From: Piromyces finnis finn | Taxonomy: Eukaryota; Fungi; Neocallimastigomycota | Length of the DNA: 64,000 nt | Assembly (NCBI GenBank): GCA_002104945.1 | Contig: MCFH01000061.1 | Span: 250,759-314,758 of the forward strand | Direction of reading: 5' to 3' | Shown here: piece by piece, positions 1 through 13,231 of the stretch | How the letters are laid out: each line of letters opens with the position of its first letter | How positions within the stretch are numbered: position 1 is the stretch's first letter | Position numbers and translations under genes: made by a program | Notes under the pieces: model-generated | Databases searched by the model: none | What the model saw: the letters and a program-made list of their open reading frames with translations, nothing else | Told to the model about the DNA's origin: nothing

Positions 1-815
1 ATTATAAGTTGCTTTTTTTTTTTTTTATTTACTAGTTGTGTAGCTGATCATCATCATCATCATCTCTCCTTTATAATATACACCTTTATTTTAATTACAA
101 ATAAAAAAAACAATTATTTACTTGAAGAAAAGATTTTAAAAAAAAAACTTTTAGTATTATTATTTTTATTATTATTTTATTAGTATTTTATTAGTATTAA
201 AAAAAATAAATATTTTTTATTTAATAATTTAAATTTGATTACATTAATAATTTTGTTTACATTACATTATTTTACATTATTGCTATAATGTATTTAATTT
301 ATTTTTTTAAATCATAAATCAATTCTTTATGGCAATGTGACTCAACTAATTTATGGAAAATCAAGTTCTATATCACATGATTTTATGTACTTTTTGGATA
401 TTTAGGGTTTTATTATAAAGTATTTTCTTATCATTTTATTATATTATAGACTAACTAAAAATAATGAATTTTTAATATTATATTTTTTTCTAGCTTATTA
501 ATATTAATAGAACTTAATTATTAAGTTATAATATTAGGATTAAAACATACATTTATCTTATTATATCTATATTTTCACTCCTCATTTTAAAAATAATATT
601 TATTATTTAACAAGGATAAAATGTAATTTTTTTTTATATCATTTGAAAGTAATATAATCAACAGATATTTCTAAATACATAATAATAATTTAAAAATATA
701 AAAATAAAAATATTATATTATTAAATTTATTATATATTTTTATAAGGTAGTATAATACAAAATAAGTAAGTTCTTTAGATATATCTTCCTATTGATTACT
801 AAATTATACTATTTA

Positions 816-1031
816 TTTTCTATAATTCTAATCAATTAAAAAAAATAAAGTTATTATTGATTTTCTATAATTCTAATCAATTAAAAAAAATAAAGTTATT
901 ATTGATTTTCTATAATTCTAATCAATTAAAAAAAATAAAGTTATTATTGATTTTCTATAATTCTAATCAATTAAAAAAAAATAAAGTTATTATTGATTTT
1001 CTATAATTCTAATCAATTAAAAAAAAATAAA
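816..1031. repeat. Minisatellite, ~5 copies of a 45-46 bp unit (TTTTCTATAATTCTAATCAATTAAAAAAAATAAAGTTATTATTGA)
   Basis: Unit restarts at ~816, 861, 906, 951 and 997; copies differ mainly in A-run length. Confidence 0.9.
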
Positions 1032-1904
1032 GCTTTTAAATAAACAATATTTTTCTACATATCGATGAAATCAAAATTATTATCATAATTAATAATTAGT
1101 TATGAATTTGAACTAATTTGCAAATAAAAAATACAATAAGCTATAAAAATAGAAATTCAAGTTTATTAATTTTAATATTACAGTCAAAGAAATAAGTAAA
1201 AGTTAATAATATTAAAATATATATTAAATATATTAAATATTCCATTTTTTTTTGCTAACTTTTATAACATTATTATTCATTATTATATATATTAATAATA
1301 TTTTTATTTATTATGCTTCAACATAATATCAATATTTTTTTTATTATTTTTTTTTCTTTTTTTTTTTTTTACAGAATTTTACAATTTGTAAAAATAAAAG
1401 TTTTATTTTTTAACTTGTTCATAATAATTCTGTTTTTTTTTTTTTTATATAATAATTTAATAATTAAAATTTATTGGATAAAATCAAATTTTAATTAAAA
1501 AACTTAACCATGCATTCTAATTATTATTTTTAATTTTTTTTTAATTTACTAAACCTTACCTTTCATTCTTTTTTTCTTTTCTTTTTTTTTTTTTTACTTA
1601 ATATTATTTATTTAGTTATTTAGTTATTTTAAAAACTTTTAAAAAAGTATAAATAAACAAAAAAAATTCATTTCTTTTTTTTTTTTTATTCATCAATATA
1701 TTTTATATATTTTATTAATTATAAAAATTTATTTAAAATATTTTTCAATGATTTATCAATCTATTTTAAATTTATATTCAGTAAATTTAATCTACATTAT
1801 ATATCATTTTCATTATTTAATAAATTAATACGTTTTTTTTTTAAATTTGAGTTTAATATTATAAAACAAAATTAAAAAGTTATTTAAATTTTAAAAGGAA
1901 AAAA

Positions 1905-4331
1905 ATGACCCTTAATAAGTGTTTTGCTATTGATTACAGTGGTTCAACTTGGAATGATACATTTTATCACTCAAATGTTCTTTCTATTTTAAAGGCAAAA
2001 TTTAATGAAGGAGATGAAATTATTATTTGGGATACTGAATCAAAGTTTGTTACATGGGATGAATATATGGAAATCAACAGTACAAAGGATGGTAATGGAG
2101 GAACCGATCCAAAGTGTTTATTTAATTCAGTGTTTTCAAAACATCAAAAGGCTACTTATTCTGAATTTATTTTAATTTCCGATGGAATGGTTTATGACCG
2201 TGATGTGGAACAACTTGATGAAACTATCAAAAGACATGCTGACGATTTCAAATGTAATTATACAGAAGTTTATTTATTAGGAAACGGTGCTAATCTAAGT
2301 ATTGCTTGTCCTTTCACCCGTTTTAATGCAAGTAGGACGATTGTTAAGAATTTAAATAGTGAAGACCAAATCATTGATGTTTCCGATGAAGATTTAAAAA
2401 CTATTGATCAAATTGACACCATCAATACAATGGAAGAGTTTGATTTAATGTTTCCATCTTTGGAAAAGGCATTTATTGCTAGATGCTTAGGTACAGATGG
2501 AGATAAGGAATTAAGAAGGTCAGTTTTATTAATGCAAAAGAGAATTAATTCTAATAACGCCAAAAAGACCGAGAATAAGAATGAAAGAATTAATACACTA
2601 GTTATGCAAGATAAGAATTATGAAGAAGCAAAGACAGAAGCTATAAAGTGTTTTACCTCTGTATTAAGTGGTGATTTCCAATCCAAGATAAATTCATTAA
2701 TTCGTATGAGTGATGGTGGATTAAAGCAAGTGTTCGATATTAACAAGTTACAAACATTTAGGGCATTTACTGCAAATACCACCCAGGTCAATGAAGTTGA
2801 AGATATTCAAGATTTAAATATAGAATCATCGGTGGGTAATTCTCAATGGGAATGTCCAATTTCCATTGATTATGAAACGGATCCAATGATTCTTATCACT
2901 GTTGATGAAAATGATGAAAATGAGGAACAAAAGCCAGTTCTTTTCGGATTTGACAAAAGGATGACAGAGTATATGCTTAATTGTCCATTAAATGCATTGT
3001 ATATTGATGAATTTGTTACCAAGTTCAAAGCATACATTGATCATTCAATTTCTTTAAAGAACTATCGTGCTTCCTTACAATCTTCAAATCCAATCGTAAA
3101 GTCACCATTCACTCGTAGAACCATTATTGGTGCCATTCCATTAGGAGAAAACGATGAACATGTCAAGTCTGCAAATTGGTCATTAATGAAGATTATTACA
3201 GGAGGAAAGCATTTAGGAGATATTCATTTATGGTTTTTCGTTTTATATATATTAATAAAAACAAATCAAATTCCTTACTTGAAGGATATTGAACCATTTA
3301 TTGAAGCTCAAGTCAAGTACCGTTTCTCTCATTTTACTACTTCGATTTCTTTAAGTGGTTTGTCCAATTTACCACAAACTAGAGTATTCTATCCAACAGC
3401 AGCTTGGACTTGTTTAATTTCTCCATTCTTGATTCCAAAGATTCCTTCAAATTTAAATTTACTCTATACTCACTTGAGTCACTACAAGGATTTATTACAA
3501 ATTTTAGCGTTGTATGCTATTGAATTACCAAACGAATTTCAGCCATTTGTTCATCGTCTTGAAATTTTAGCCCATCTTTTATCGTACTTTAAGAAGAATC
3601 CAAAATTATTAGACGTCTACAAGAATGGCCTTCAAAACGCTACACTTTTCATTAACGTTGACGAAAATTCACCAATGTCTTCAGGTGGTGTATGCGGTGA
3701 TTTATTTATTCCAATTGATGGTGAAATCAAGGATGAAAATAGAATGAGATGCGTTCAGAGTCTGTCTACTGTATGCTATAATGCAGTTCAAGACGGTAGA
3801 ATTAGTTTAGATGAATTAGCATGGCTTATTGATTTTGTTGATGTTCAAAAAAGTTTAACAGATATTAATATTTTGCCATTGATTCAAGGAAAGCCAAGTG
3901 GAAGTGATAATGCAACATCCGCAATTCATGAATTTTGGAAGGAATGGGATGCTAATATTGACAAGTTCAATGTCAAGATTAGTGAAAACACTTGTAGACC
4001 ATATTATTATGTCAAGGAAGGAGTTACATGGTTAGAAGAATTAAGTACTATTCTTGATACCACTCGTCCAATTTTATCGTTAGATAAGCATTTTGGTAAT
4101 TTTGTTGATACCTATGGTAGATATCCAAGTCGAAATGAATATATATTATATTTATATCGTAAAATATGTTTAGGTAGTAAAACTTCAACCACATTACCAA
4201 GAAATATTTTAAAGTTCACCGATCAAGTATTTGCACGTTTTAATCCTATTATGAACAAGTATACTCCTGAAACTTTTATTAGAATCTTTCAAGATAATGC
4301 ATCAATTAATACTAGGATTAATAATGAATAA
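1905..4331 (+). CDS. Intronless 808-aa protein with N-terminal vWA-like (MIDAS) domain and U-box-like CPIS / SPFTR motifs (copy 1)
   Basis: Long open ORF. DYSGS (DxSxS), GGT and ISDG match the MIDAS pattern; WECPISIDYETDPMILI and KSPFTRR resemble the two ends of a U-box. Near-identical paralog at 22366-24786. Confidence 0.8.
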   Translation: MTLNKCFAIDYSGSTWNDTFYHSNVLSILKAKFNEGDEIIIWDTESKFVTWDEYMEINSTKDGNGGTDPKCLFNSVFSKHQKATYSEFILISDGMVYDRDVEQLDETIKRHADDFKCNYTEVYLLGNGANLSIACPFTRFNASRTIVKNLNSEDQIIDVSDEDLKTIDQIDTINTMEEFDLMFPSLEKAFIARCLGTDGDKELRRSVLLMQKRINSNNAKKTENKNERINTLVMQDKNYEEAKTEAIKCFTSVLSGDFQSKINSLIRMSDGGLKQVFDINKLQTFRAFTANTTQVNEVEDIQDLNIESSVGNSQWECPISIDYETDPMILITVDENDENEEQKPVLFGFDKRMTEYMLNCPLNALYIDEFVTKFKAYIDHSISLKNYRASLQSSNPIVKSPFTRRTIIGAIPLGENDEHVKSANWSLMKIITGGKHLGDIHLWFFVLYILIKTNQIPYLKDIEPFIEAQVKYRFSHFTTSISLSGLSNLPQTRVFYPTAAWTCLISPFLIPKIPSNLNLLYTHLSHYKDLLQILALYAIELPNEFQPFVHRLEILAHLLSYFKKNPKLLDVYKNGLQNATLFINVDENSPMSSGGVCGDLFIPIDGEIKDENRMRCVQSLSTVCYNAVQDGRISLDELAWLIDFVDVQKSLTDINILPLIQGKPSGSDNATSAIHEFWKEWDANIDKFNVKISENTCRPYYYVKEGVTWLEELSTILDTTRPILSLDKHFGNFVDTYGRYPSRNEYILYLYRKICLGSKTSTTLPRNILKFTDQVFARFNPIMNKYTPETFIRIFQDNASINTRINNE

Positions 4332-5258
4332 AAAAGAAAAAAAGTTGATTATATAAAATTTTTTTTTGAATTACCATTATAATGTATATTTTATTTTTAT
4401 TCCTTTCCTATAAAATATTCATAACAAATGAATATTTAATGTAATTGTTATTCATTATTTAAGTTTAACTTTATATAGATAAAATTTAATATATATTATA
4501 TTATTTTTATTATTATAATATTATTATTATATAGCTATTATAAATATTATAAATATACTTTTTTTGGATATATATATATATTTTTATTTTTATTCATTAT
4601 TTTTTTGTTTAGTTTTCAATATAAACTCTTTATATATTAGTAAAATTTAATAAATATTAGTATATATTAAAAACCAATTTTATATAAGCAGAGATCTTTA
4701 TATTTACTTTTGTGTTCTTTTTATGTATTTAACTCAACATCTCTATTAATTAATATAGTATGATTTATAATATATAAAATATTATGTCAATTGAAAATAA
4801 TAAAAAAAAAAAGAGTATCTAGTAATTTTTTAATCTATATAATAATTAATTATTTTTTCTTAAAAAAAAAAAGAAATTATTTATCTTCCAACACTTATTA
4901 TTATATAATATATTAATTCTTATTTCTTCGTACAATAAACAAATATTATTAAGGAAAAATAACGAATATAAATTTTTTATTTTATTTAATAAATTTTTAA
5001 ATATTAATAATTTTTTATTGATATTGATAAGAGTATTGTGCTGATATAAATATAATCAATAATAAAATATATTTTATGTATTTTATAATAACATAAATAA
5101 TATTATATTGAAATAAATATTATATATATTATAAATTGTTATAAATATTGTGTGTATATAAATATAAATGCGTTGATAATAAAATTTAAAGAGTTGAAAT
5201 AAAATGTTCATTTCAACAAAGATATACAAAGAGATTGTATCATTTTAATAAAATAGTA

Positions 5259-7696
5259 TTATATATCTGGGCAAAATCCATATTTATTTTGGCATTTGTT
5301 AATGGAACAGTAAGCCGAGGTTGTTCCACAGTAGCCTTTGTTACTACAGCATTTGTTATCGGAACAGGTTCCATAACTTTCTCCACATTTGCAACTACCA
5401 TAGTTAGATTGACATCCACTAGATGATGCACAATAAGCTTTGGTTCTTCCACAATATCCTTTCTTACTACAGCATTGTCCGTCTGAACATAATCCATAGT
5501 TTTCACCACATTTACAACTACCATAGTTAGATTGACATCCGTTGGAAGAATAACAGTAAGATTTAGTTTTTCCACAATATCCCTTTTTACTACAACATAA
5601 ACCATCTGAACACATTCCATAATCCTCACCACATTTACAAGTACCGAATTCAGATTGACATCCATTAGAAGCAGCACAATGAGCATCGGATACTCCACAA
5701 TAACCATGTTTACTGCAACATTTACCAGAAGGACAACTACCAAAGACACCTCCACATCTTCTTGCAGCTTCACATTTATTACCATAGTTATATTCTGAAT
5801 GACTATATAATATGTTTTTATATAAGCAAAAAAACATTATGATGTGTTATAAAATAAATATAAATATATTAATATTTTACTTTTTATTAAAATAATCTAC
5901 ACAATAAATAGATAAATAAATAAATCAATAATTACTTTATTTTTTGAATTTCAGCTGGAAGAGTATCAATACAATTTTTATCAATTCCTCTATAAATTTA
6001 AAAATATTATATTTAATAATTAGTATATTTCATTCAAATGAAATAATAATGGCAGTCAGTTAAATTTTAATATTTACAAATATATAAGATTTTCTAAATT
6101 TCCAATTTCAGCTGGGACTTCCTTTATTCTGTTATCTGAAAAATCTCTAAACACATTATTTAATTATATAAAATAAATAAAGAGATATATTTATTAAATT
6201 AAAAATTTAATAAAAAATCATATACATATGATAACAAAGAATCTATATATATACATACAAAAATATGAGATTTTTAAGATTAGCAATTTCTGATGGAATT
6301 GTGGATAATACATTACTTTGTAAATATCTATTAACATAGTTTTAATAATTAAAGAATTAATTTTTTTGATCTTATATGTATATAGTACAATATATTTTTT
6401 TACTTACAATTGTTCAAGATTGGTAATATTTCCAATGGAATTTGGAATTTCAGTTATTTCATTATTATATAAAAGTCTATAATAAAAATTTAAATTTATA
6501 AATGTGTTAAAAAAAGCTATTTTATATATTGCTATTGGTAAGTTTATCGTTTTACTAACAAATATAAAAGATTCTTAAGATCACCAATAGTTGAAGCAAT
6601 TGTAGATATTTTATTATTAAATAAATATCTATATTTTATAAATATATATTTATATTTTAAATTTGTGAATAAATTTATATATATTATATTATATCATATA
6701 ATGCTATTATTATTATAAATTTTATTCTTATTAAATTACAATTTATTAAGACTTTGAAGATTTTTAATTTCAGGTGGAATGGAGGTTACTACATTGTTAG
6801 ATAAATCTCTATAAATTGTATAAAATACATTATTTTATTATTTTATTTATATAGATGAATTTTCAATATTATTTGTTAATATTTAATATATTATATTTAC
6901 AAAAAGTTAAGATTTTTAAGTTGGCAGATGTCTGATGAAATGGTAGTTAATGTATTATTATTTAATTGTCTATAGTAATTATTTTAATTAATGTTAGTAT
7001 TATTATAAATATGTAAATAAATATATAAAATATTAATTATATTATATATTATATATATAATATCTTAATTTCGTACAATGTTAAAAGATGTTCAAGATTT
7101 CCAATTTCTGGAGAAATTTTAGTTAACATATTCCTTGATACATCTCTATAAATATATAATTTTATTATCATTAATAACTATTAATTTTAATAATCTATAT
7201 TTAATATTTATATTATTAATTATTTGTTAATTTACAATGTTTCAAGGTTCTTAAGTTTTTCAATATCTGAAGGAATTTCAGTTAATTTATTATCATATAA
7301 ATTTCTATTAATATTAAATATTAATAGAGATAAATAGAAAATTAAAAAATTATTATACTTATCATAAATATGATTTAAATAAATATATAATTTTATACGA
7401 ACAAGAAAGTTAAAGAGGTTATTTTATATACAAATTTTGGTATTTCTGTTAAATCTTGATAATTTATATACCTTTTTTTAATTAAATAAAATAAAATAAT
7501 TTATATTAATGGTTTTTTTTATATTTATAATTTTATATTATTTAATATATGATATATACAATTTTGAAGCATTTTTATATTTATTGTCTTCACAACTAGT
7601 AACAAGATTTCCTAATTTTTGTTTAACTTCTTTACATGAATAACCAAAAGTTATTGAAATTAATAACCCCAAAATCAAAATAGATTTTAATATCAT
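5259..7696 (-). CDS. Secreted LRR + 4x hevein/CBM18 protein, copy A (12 exons, 451 aa predicted)
   Basis: Manual GT-AG model. Exon 1 7696-7560 (MILKSILILGLLISITFGYSC..., signal + cap). Nine 69-nt LRR exons: 7471-7403, 7304-7236, 7145-7077, 6969-6901, 6808-6740, 6628-6560, 6476-6408, 6327-6259, 6146-6078 (e.g. NLYDNKLTEIPSDIEKLKNLETL). 54-nt cap exon 5989-5936. Last exon 5802-5259 with four CG..GxCxxxxCCSxxGYCG repeats. All introns phase 2, frame open throughout. Confidence 0.9.
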
Positions 7697-8353
7697 TTTA
7701 TTTTTGTCCTGTATTTTTTGCTTTATTTTAAAAAGTTAATACAATTATTATAGATTTTAAAATAAAAAATTGTAAATTTTCTTTGTTTTATTTCTTTAGA
7801 TAAAAAGTATAATTGAAACTTGGTCTAATTGAAAAATGAAGGAAAAGTGAAAAGTCATTCTATTTATACTTTTTATTGAAAATAAACTTTTTATTACTTA
7901 ATTAAAATAAATTAGAATTAAATAACATGATATCTGAAACTATTTAAATATAATATTTAATTATAATATTTAATTATAATATTTAATTACCATTATTACT
8001 ACTACTATTATAATTATTATTATTATTATTATTATTATTATTTACACTTGTTCATATATTAACAAATATATTAATGAAAATATTTAAATTGAAATAATTA
8101 AAAGAATTTCTTTATCAAATAGAATTTCTTCAAAATTAAAGAAATCTCTTAATTTATCTTTCTGAAATCTTATTGGTTCTAGTCTTCAAAGAATGACGTT
8201 TATCTTTTATTGATTTTCTATGAAGAGTTTATTTGTATTATATTAAAATATATATATTATTTTTTATTATGTATAATCCAATTATAAATTAATTTAATTT
8301 TATATATAGAAAAAAGATAAAGTCTTGATAATTTTTTTTTCTATTACTCATCC

Positions 8354-8358
<5 letters not shown>

Positions 8359-8404
<46 letters not shown>

Positions 8405-8406
8405 TA

Positions 8407-8443
<37 letters not shown>

Positions 8444-8445
8444 TA

Positions 8446-8500
<55 letters not shown>

Positions 8501-8502
8501 TA

Positions 8503-8536
<34 letters not shown>

Positions 8537-8538
8537 TA

Positions 8539-8584
<46 letters not shown>

Positions 8585-8586
8585 TA

Positions 8587-8631
<45 letters not shown>

Positions 8632-8654
8632 GTTGTTGTTGTTGTTGTTGTTGT
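8359..8654. repeat. (ATT)n microsatellite with periodic TCTAAT interruptions, ending in (GTT)n
   Basis: Directly visible; explains the poly-I and poly-Y ORFs in the track. Confidence 0.95.
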
Positions 8655-9361
8655 TTCAAAAGACAATATTATATTTATAAAAAAGTATTATTTCTATTTG
8701 CTTAAATAATCACAAGTTTAGTGATGAACAAATTTAAACTTTTATAACGTTTTTACTATTTATAATGAAAAAATAAGTTATTTAATAAGGCTTTAAAGAA
8801 AAAAGAATTGAATGTAACTTTTTTCAAAATTTAAATTAATAGAAAAAAAAAAAGATGGCTTGAACTTTTTTATTTAATCATTTTTAATATTAAACTGTTA
8901 TCCCATTAATATTCATTTGATCTTATTTGAATTATTATTAATTAAATTACTATTTAAATAATAATTCATATTTAAAGAATTAGAATTATCATCTTTTTTT
9001 AACATCATTACTATGACTATTACTATTTTTATCTTTTTAACATTATTATTATTACTATAATATTTATAATTTTTATATTGCTAAGTAAATGAACTATAAA
9101 TGTAAATAACCTATTATTTGATAACACGAGAAAAATAATACATATATAATTTAAAAACTTTATATATTCTTTATTGAAATGTATATAAATACTGAATACA
9201 TGAAATCAATGTCTAATACAATTTTAATTATAATGATAAAGATGTTTGAAATAAATAAATGTTATTGTTATTAATAAAATTTAAAGAGTTGAAATAAAAT
9301 GTTCATTTCAACAAAGATATACAAAGATACAAAGAGATTGTATCATTTTAATAAAATAGTA

Positions 9362-12255
9362 TTATTTATCTGGGCAAAATCCATATTTATTTTGGCATTT
9401 GTTAATGGAACAGTAAGCTGAGGTTGTTCCACAGTAGCCTTTGTTACTACAGCATTTGTTATCGGAACAGGTTCCATAACTTTCTCCACATTTGCAACTA
9501 CCATAGTTAGATTGACATCCACTAGATGATGCACAATAAGCTTTGGTTCTTCCACAATATCCTTTCTTACTACAGCATTGTCCGTCTGAACATAATCCAT
9601 AGTTTTCACCACATTTGCAACTACCATAGTTAGATTGACATCCGTTGGAAGAATAACAGTAAGATTTAGTTTTTCCACAATATCCCTTTTTACTACAACA
9701 TAAACCATCTGAACACATTCCATAATCCTCACCACATTTACAAGTACCGAATTCAGATTGACATCCATTAGAAGCAGCACAATGAGCATCGGATACTCCA
9801 CAATAACCATGTTTACTGCAACATTTACCAGAAGGACAACTACCAAAGACACCTCCACATCTTCTTGCAGCTTCACATTTATTACCATAGTTATATTCTG
9901 AATGGCTATATAATATGTTTTTATATAAGCAAAAAAACATTATGATGTGTTATAAAATAAATATAAATATATTAATATTTTACTTTTTATTAAAATAATC
10001 TACACAATAAATAGATAAATAAATAAATCGATAATTACTTTATTTTTTGAATTTCAGCTGGAAGAGTATCAATACAATTTTTATCAATTCCTCTATATTT
10101 TAATAAATTAATACAAAAACAAAAATAATATTAGTACTTAAATAAGTCATTTTGTTGTTTAATTAAATACGATAATTTACAGATATTTAAGATTTCTTAA
10201 ATTTCCAATTTCAGCTGGAACTTCCTTTATTCTATTATCTGAAAAATCTCTAAATGAATGATGTTATAAGTTAATATATAAAACCAAATTTATTTATTTA
10301 AAATATTCTAATATTTGATAAAATGTATTTACAAGTATTCAAGTTTATTAAGGTTTTTGATTTTAGATGGAATGACAGATATATAATTTTCATTAAAACG
10401 TCTGTATAATTTGTATAATTTTATATATTTTAAAAAAGATGATAAATACAATAGGTTAAAATAATATATTTATTTATTATTATACTATTAAAAACTATTT
10501 TAAATATACATACAAATCTTTAATATTTTCAAGATTTCCTATTTCGGATGGAATTGTCGTTAATTCATTATTATGGGAATACCTATTAAAAGATTCCGTA
10601 ATTCAATATTTAATAAAATTATCTTAATCATATATTGTTTCATATTAAATTATACATACAATTTTGTAAGATTTTTAAGATTTCCAATTTCTTGAGGAAT
10701 TGATGTTAATTTATTATTTTCTATATATCTATTAATATGTAATAATTAAATAGGTTTAATAATATAATATATAATATAAATTTATATTAAAACTTTATTT
10801 ACAATTCTGTAAGATTAACAAGATTTCCAATTTTTGCTGGGATAGATGTTAATTCATTTTGTGATATATTTCTATAACGTTTTTTAAAAATATTAATTTT
10901 ATTATTATTTTTTTATAAAATATTTCTATTTTATACTATATAATTAAATTATTTAGTATTTTTATATTTCATTTTACAATTCTTTAAAATTTGAAAATAT
11001 ATCAATATCAAATGGAATTTGTTTTAATTTATTATCATTTAATGTTCTATGAGTGATATGATTAAAGTATAATGTAAAGCATTAATAAATTTACTTTTCT
11101 TAATAACACATATTTATTATTATTCTATTATATAATACTTAAAATTGTTTTAATATACATACAAATCTTTAAGCTTTTTAAGATTTCCAATTTCTGATGG
11201 AATTGTTGTTAACTTATTATTATTAAAATATCTTTATTAAATATATTGTTAATAACATTAAATTTTTATATAAAAGTATACATTCAAATATTTTATATAC
11301 ATTTACATTCAATATACTTACAAATATTCGAGATTAACAAGATTTCCAATAGATTTTGGAACTTCAATTAATTCATTATAATATAAAACTCTAATATAAA
11401 AATTCAATTCATATTAAATAAATTATTTTATGATATTGATTTTTCTTTTTTTTTCTTTTACATTTTGACTTACAAGCAATAAAGATTTTTAAGATCACCA
11501 ATAGTTGAAGGTATTTTTGATAATTGATTATTATTTAAAATTCTAATTAATATATATTTTTTAAAAATGTAAACTTATCAATAAAATAATTATATTTAAT
11601 AATTATTTTTTCTTCCATAAATAAAAAAATTGTGAATAATTTTTTACAATAGCAAAAGATTTTTAAGTTTTCCAATTTCTGGAGAAATCGTAGTTAACAT
11701 ATTATTTGGTAAATATCTATAAACAAATTTATAAAAAAAAGTATTAAAAATAGTGGTTTTAATAATTTTTATCATATAATATTATTAATAAAATTCTACT
11801 TACAGTTGTTCTAGATTTACAAGCTTTCCAATATCTGAAGGAATTTCAGTTATTTTATTATTATATAAATTTCTATTTATTCATATATTAAATAAATAAA
11901 AAATTAAAATAAAATTTTAAAAGTAACAATTTTTACATTTTTATGATTAATATATTAATACATACAAATATCTTAAGGAAGTTATTTCAAAAATAAATTC
12001 TGGAATTTCAGTTATGCCTTTAGAATGAATATGCCTTTTTATTGAAATTAAATATTATGTAAATAATAAGTATATTAATGATTATTTCATTTACATTTAT
12101 TAAAATTACAAAATTTACAATTCGTAAGGAACATTTTCTTCTTTTTCACCGCAGTGAGTAAGAATATCTCCTAATTTTTGTTTAACTTCTTTACATGAAT
12201 AACCAAAAGTTATTGAAATTAATAACCCCAAAATCAAAATAGATTTTAATATCAT
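9362..12255 (-). CDS. Secreted LRR + 4x hevein/CBM18 protein, copy B (15 exons, 520 aa predicted)
   Basis: Exon 1 12255-12119. Twelve 69-nt LRR exons: 12034-11966, 11872-11804, 11716-11648, 11542-11474, 11390-11322, 11231-11163, 11046-10978, 10871-10803, 10728-10660, 10582-10514, 10401-10333, 10249-10181. Cap exon 10092-10039; CBM18 exon 9905-9362. All GT-AG, phase 2, no stops. Confidence 0.9.
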
Positions 12256-12519
12256 TTTATTTTTGTCTTGTATTTTTTGCTTTATTTTAAAAGTTAATAC
12301 AATTATTATAGATTTTAAAATAAAAAATTGTAAATTTTCTTTGTTCTATTTCTTTAGATAAAAAGTATAATTGAAACTTGGTCTAATTGAAAAATGAAGG
12401 AAAAGTGAAAAGTCATTCTATTTATACTTTTTATTGAAAATAAACTTTTTATTACTTAAAATAAATTAGAATTAAATAACATGATATCTAAAACTATTTA
12501 AATATAATATTTAATTATC

Positions 12520-13231
<712 letters not shown>

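Noticed and set aside
816-1031. Regular repeats as a possible CRISPR array
   Set aside because: Head-to-tail repeats without unique spacers, eukaryotic context, no cas genes.
5240-5785. 181-aa Val/Asn-rich ORFs (also 9343-9888, 36418-36963) and + strand ORF 5235-5426
   Set aside because: Alternative-frame or antisense shadows of the CBM18 exon; they recur only because the exon is duplicated.
8289-8705. Poly-Ile and poly-Tyr ORFs
   Set aside because: Translations of the (ATT)n microsatellite.
5936-12034. Regularly spaced LRR exons as a repeat-spacer array or as scattered pseudogene fragments
   Set aside because: Each unit has canonical AG/GT ends, is exactly 69 nt and splices into an open frame.
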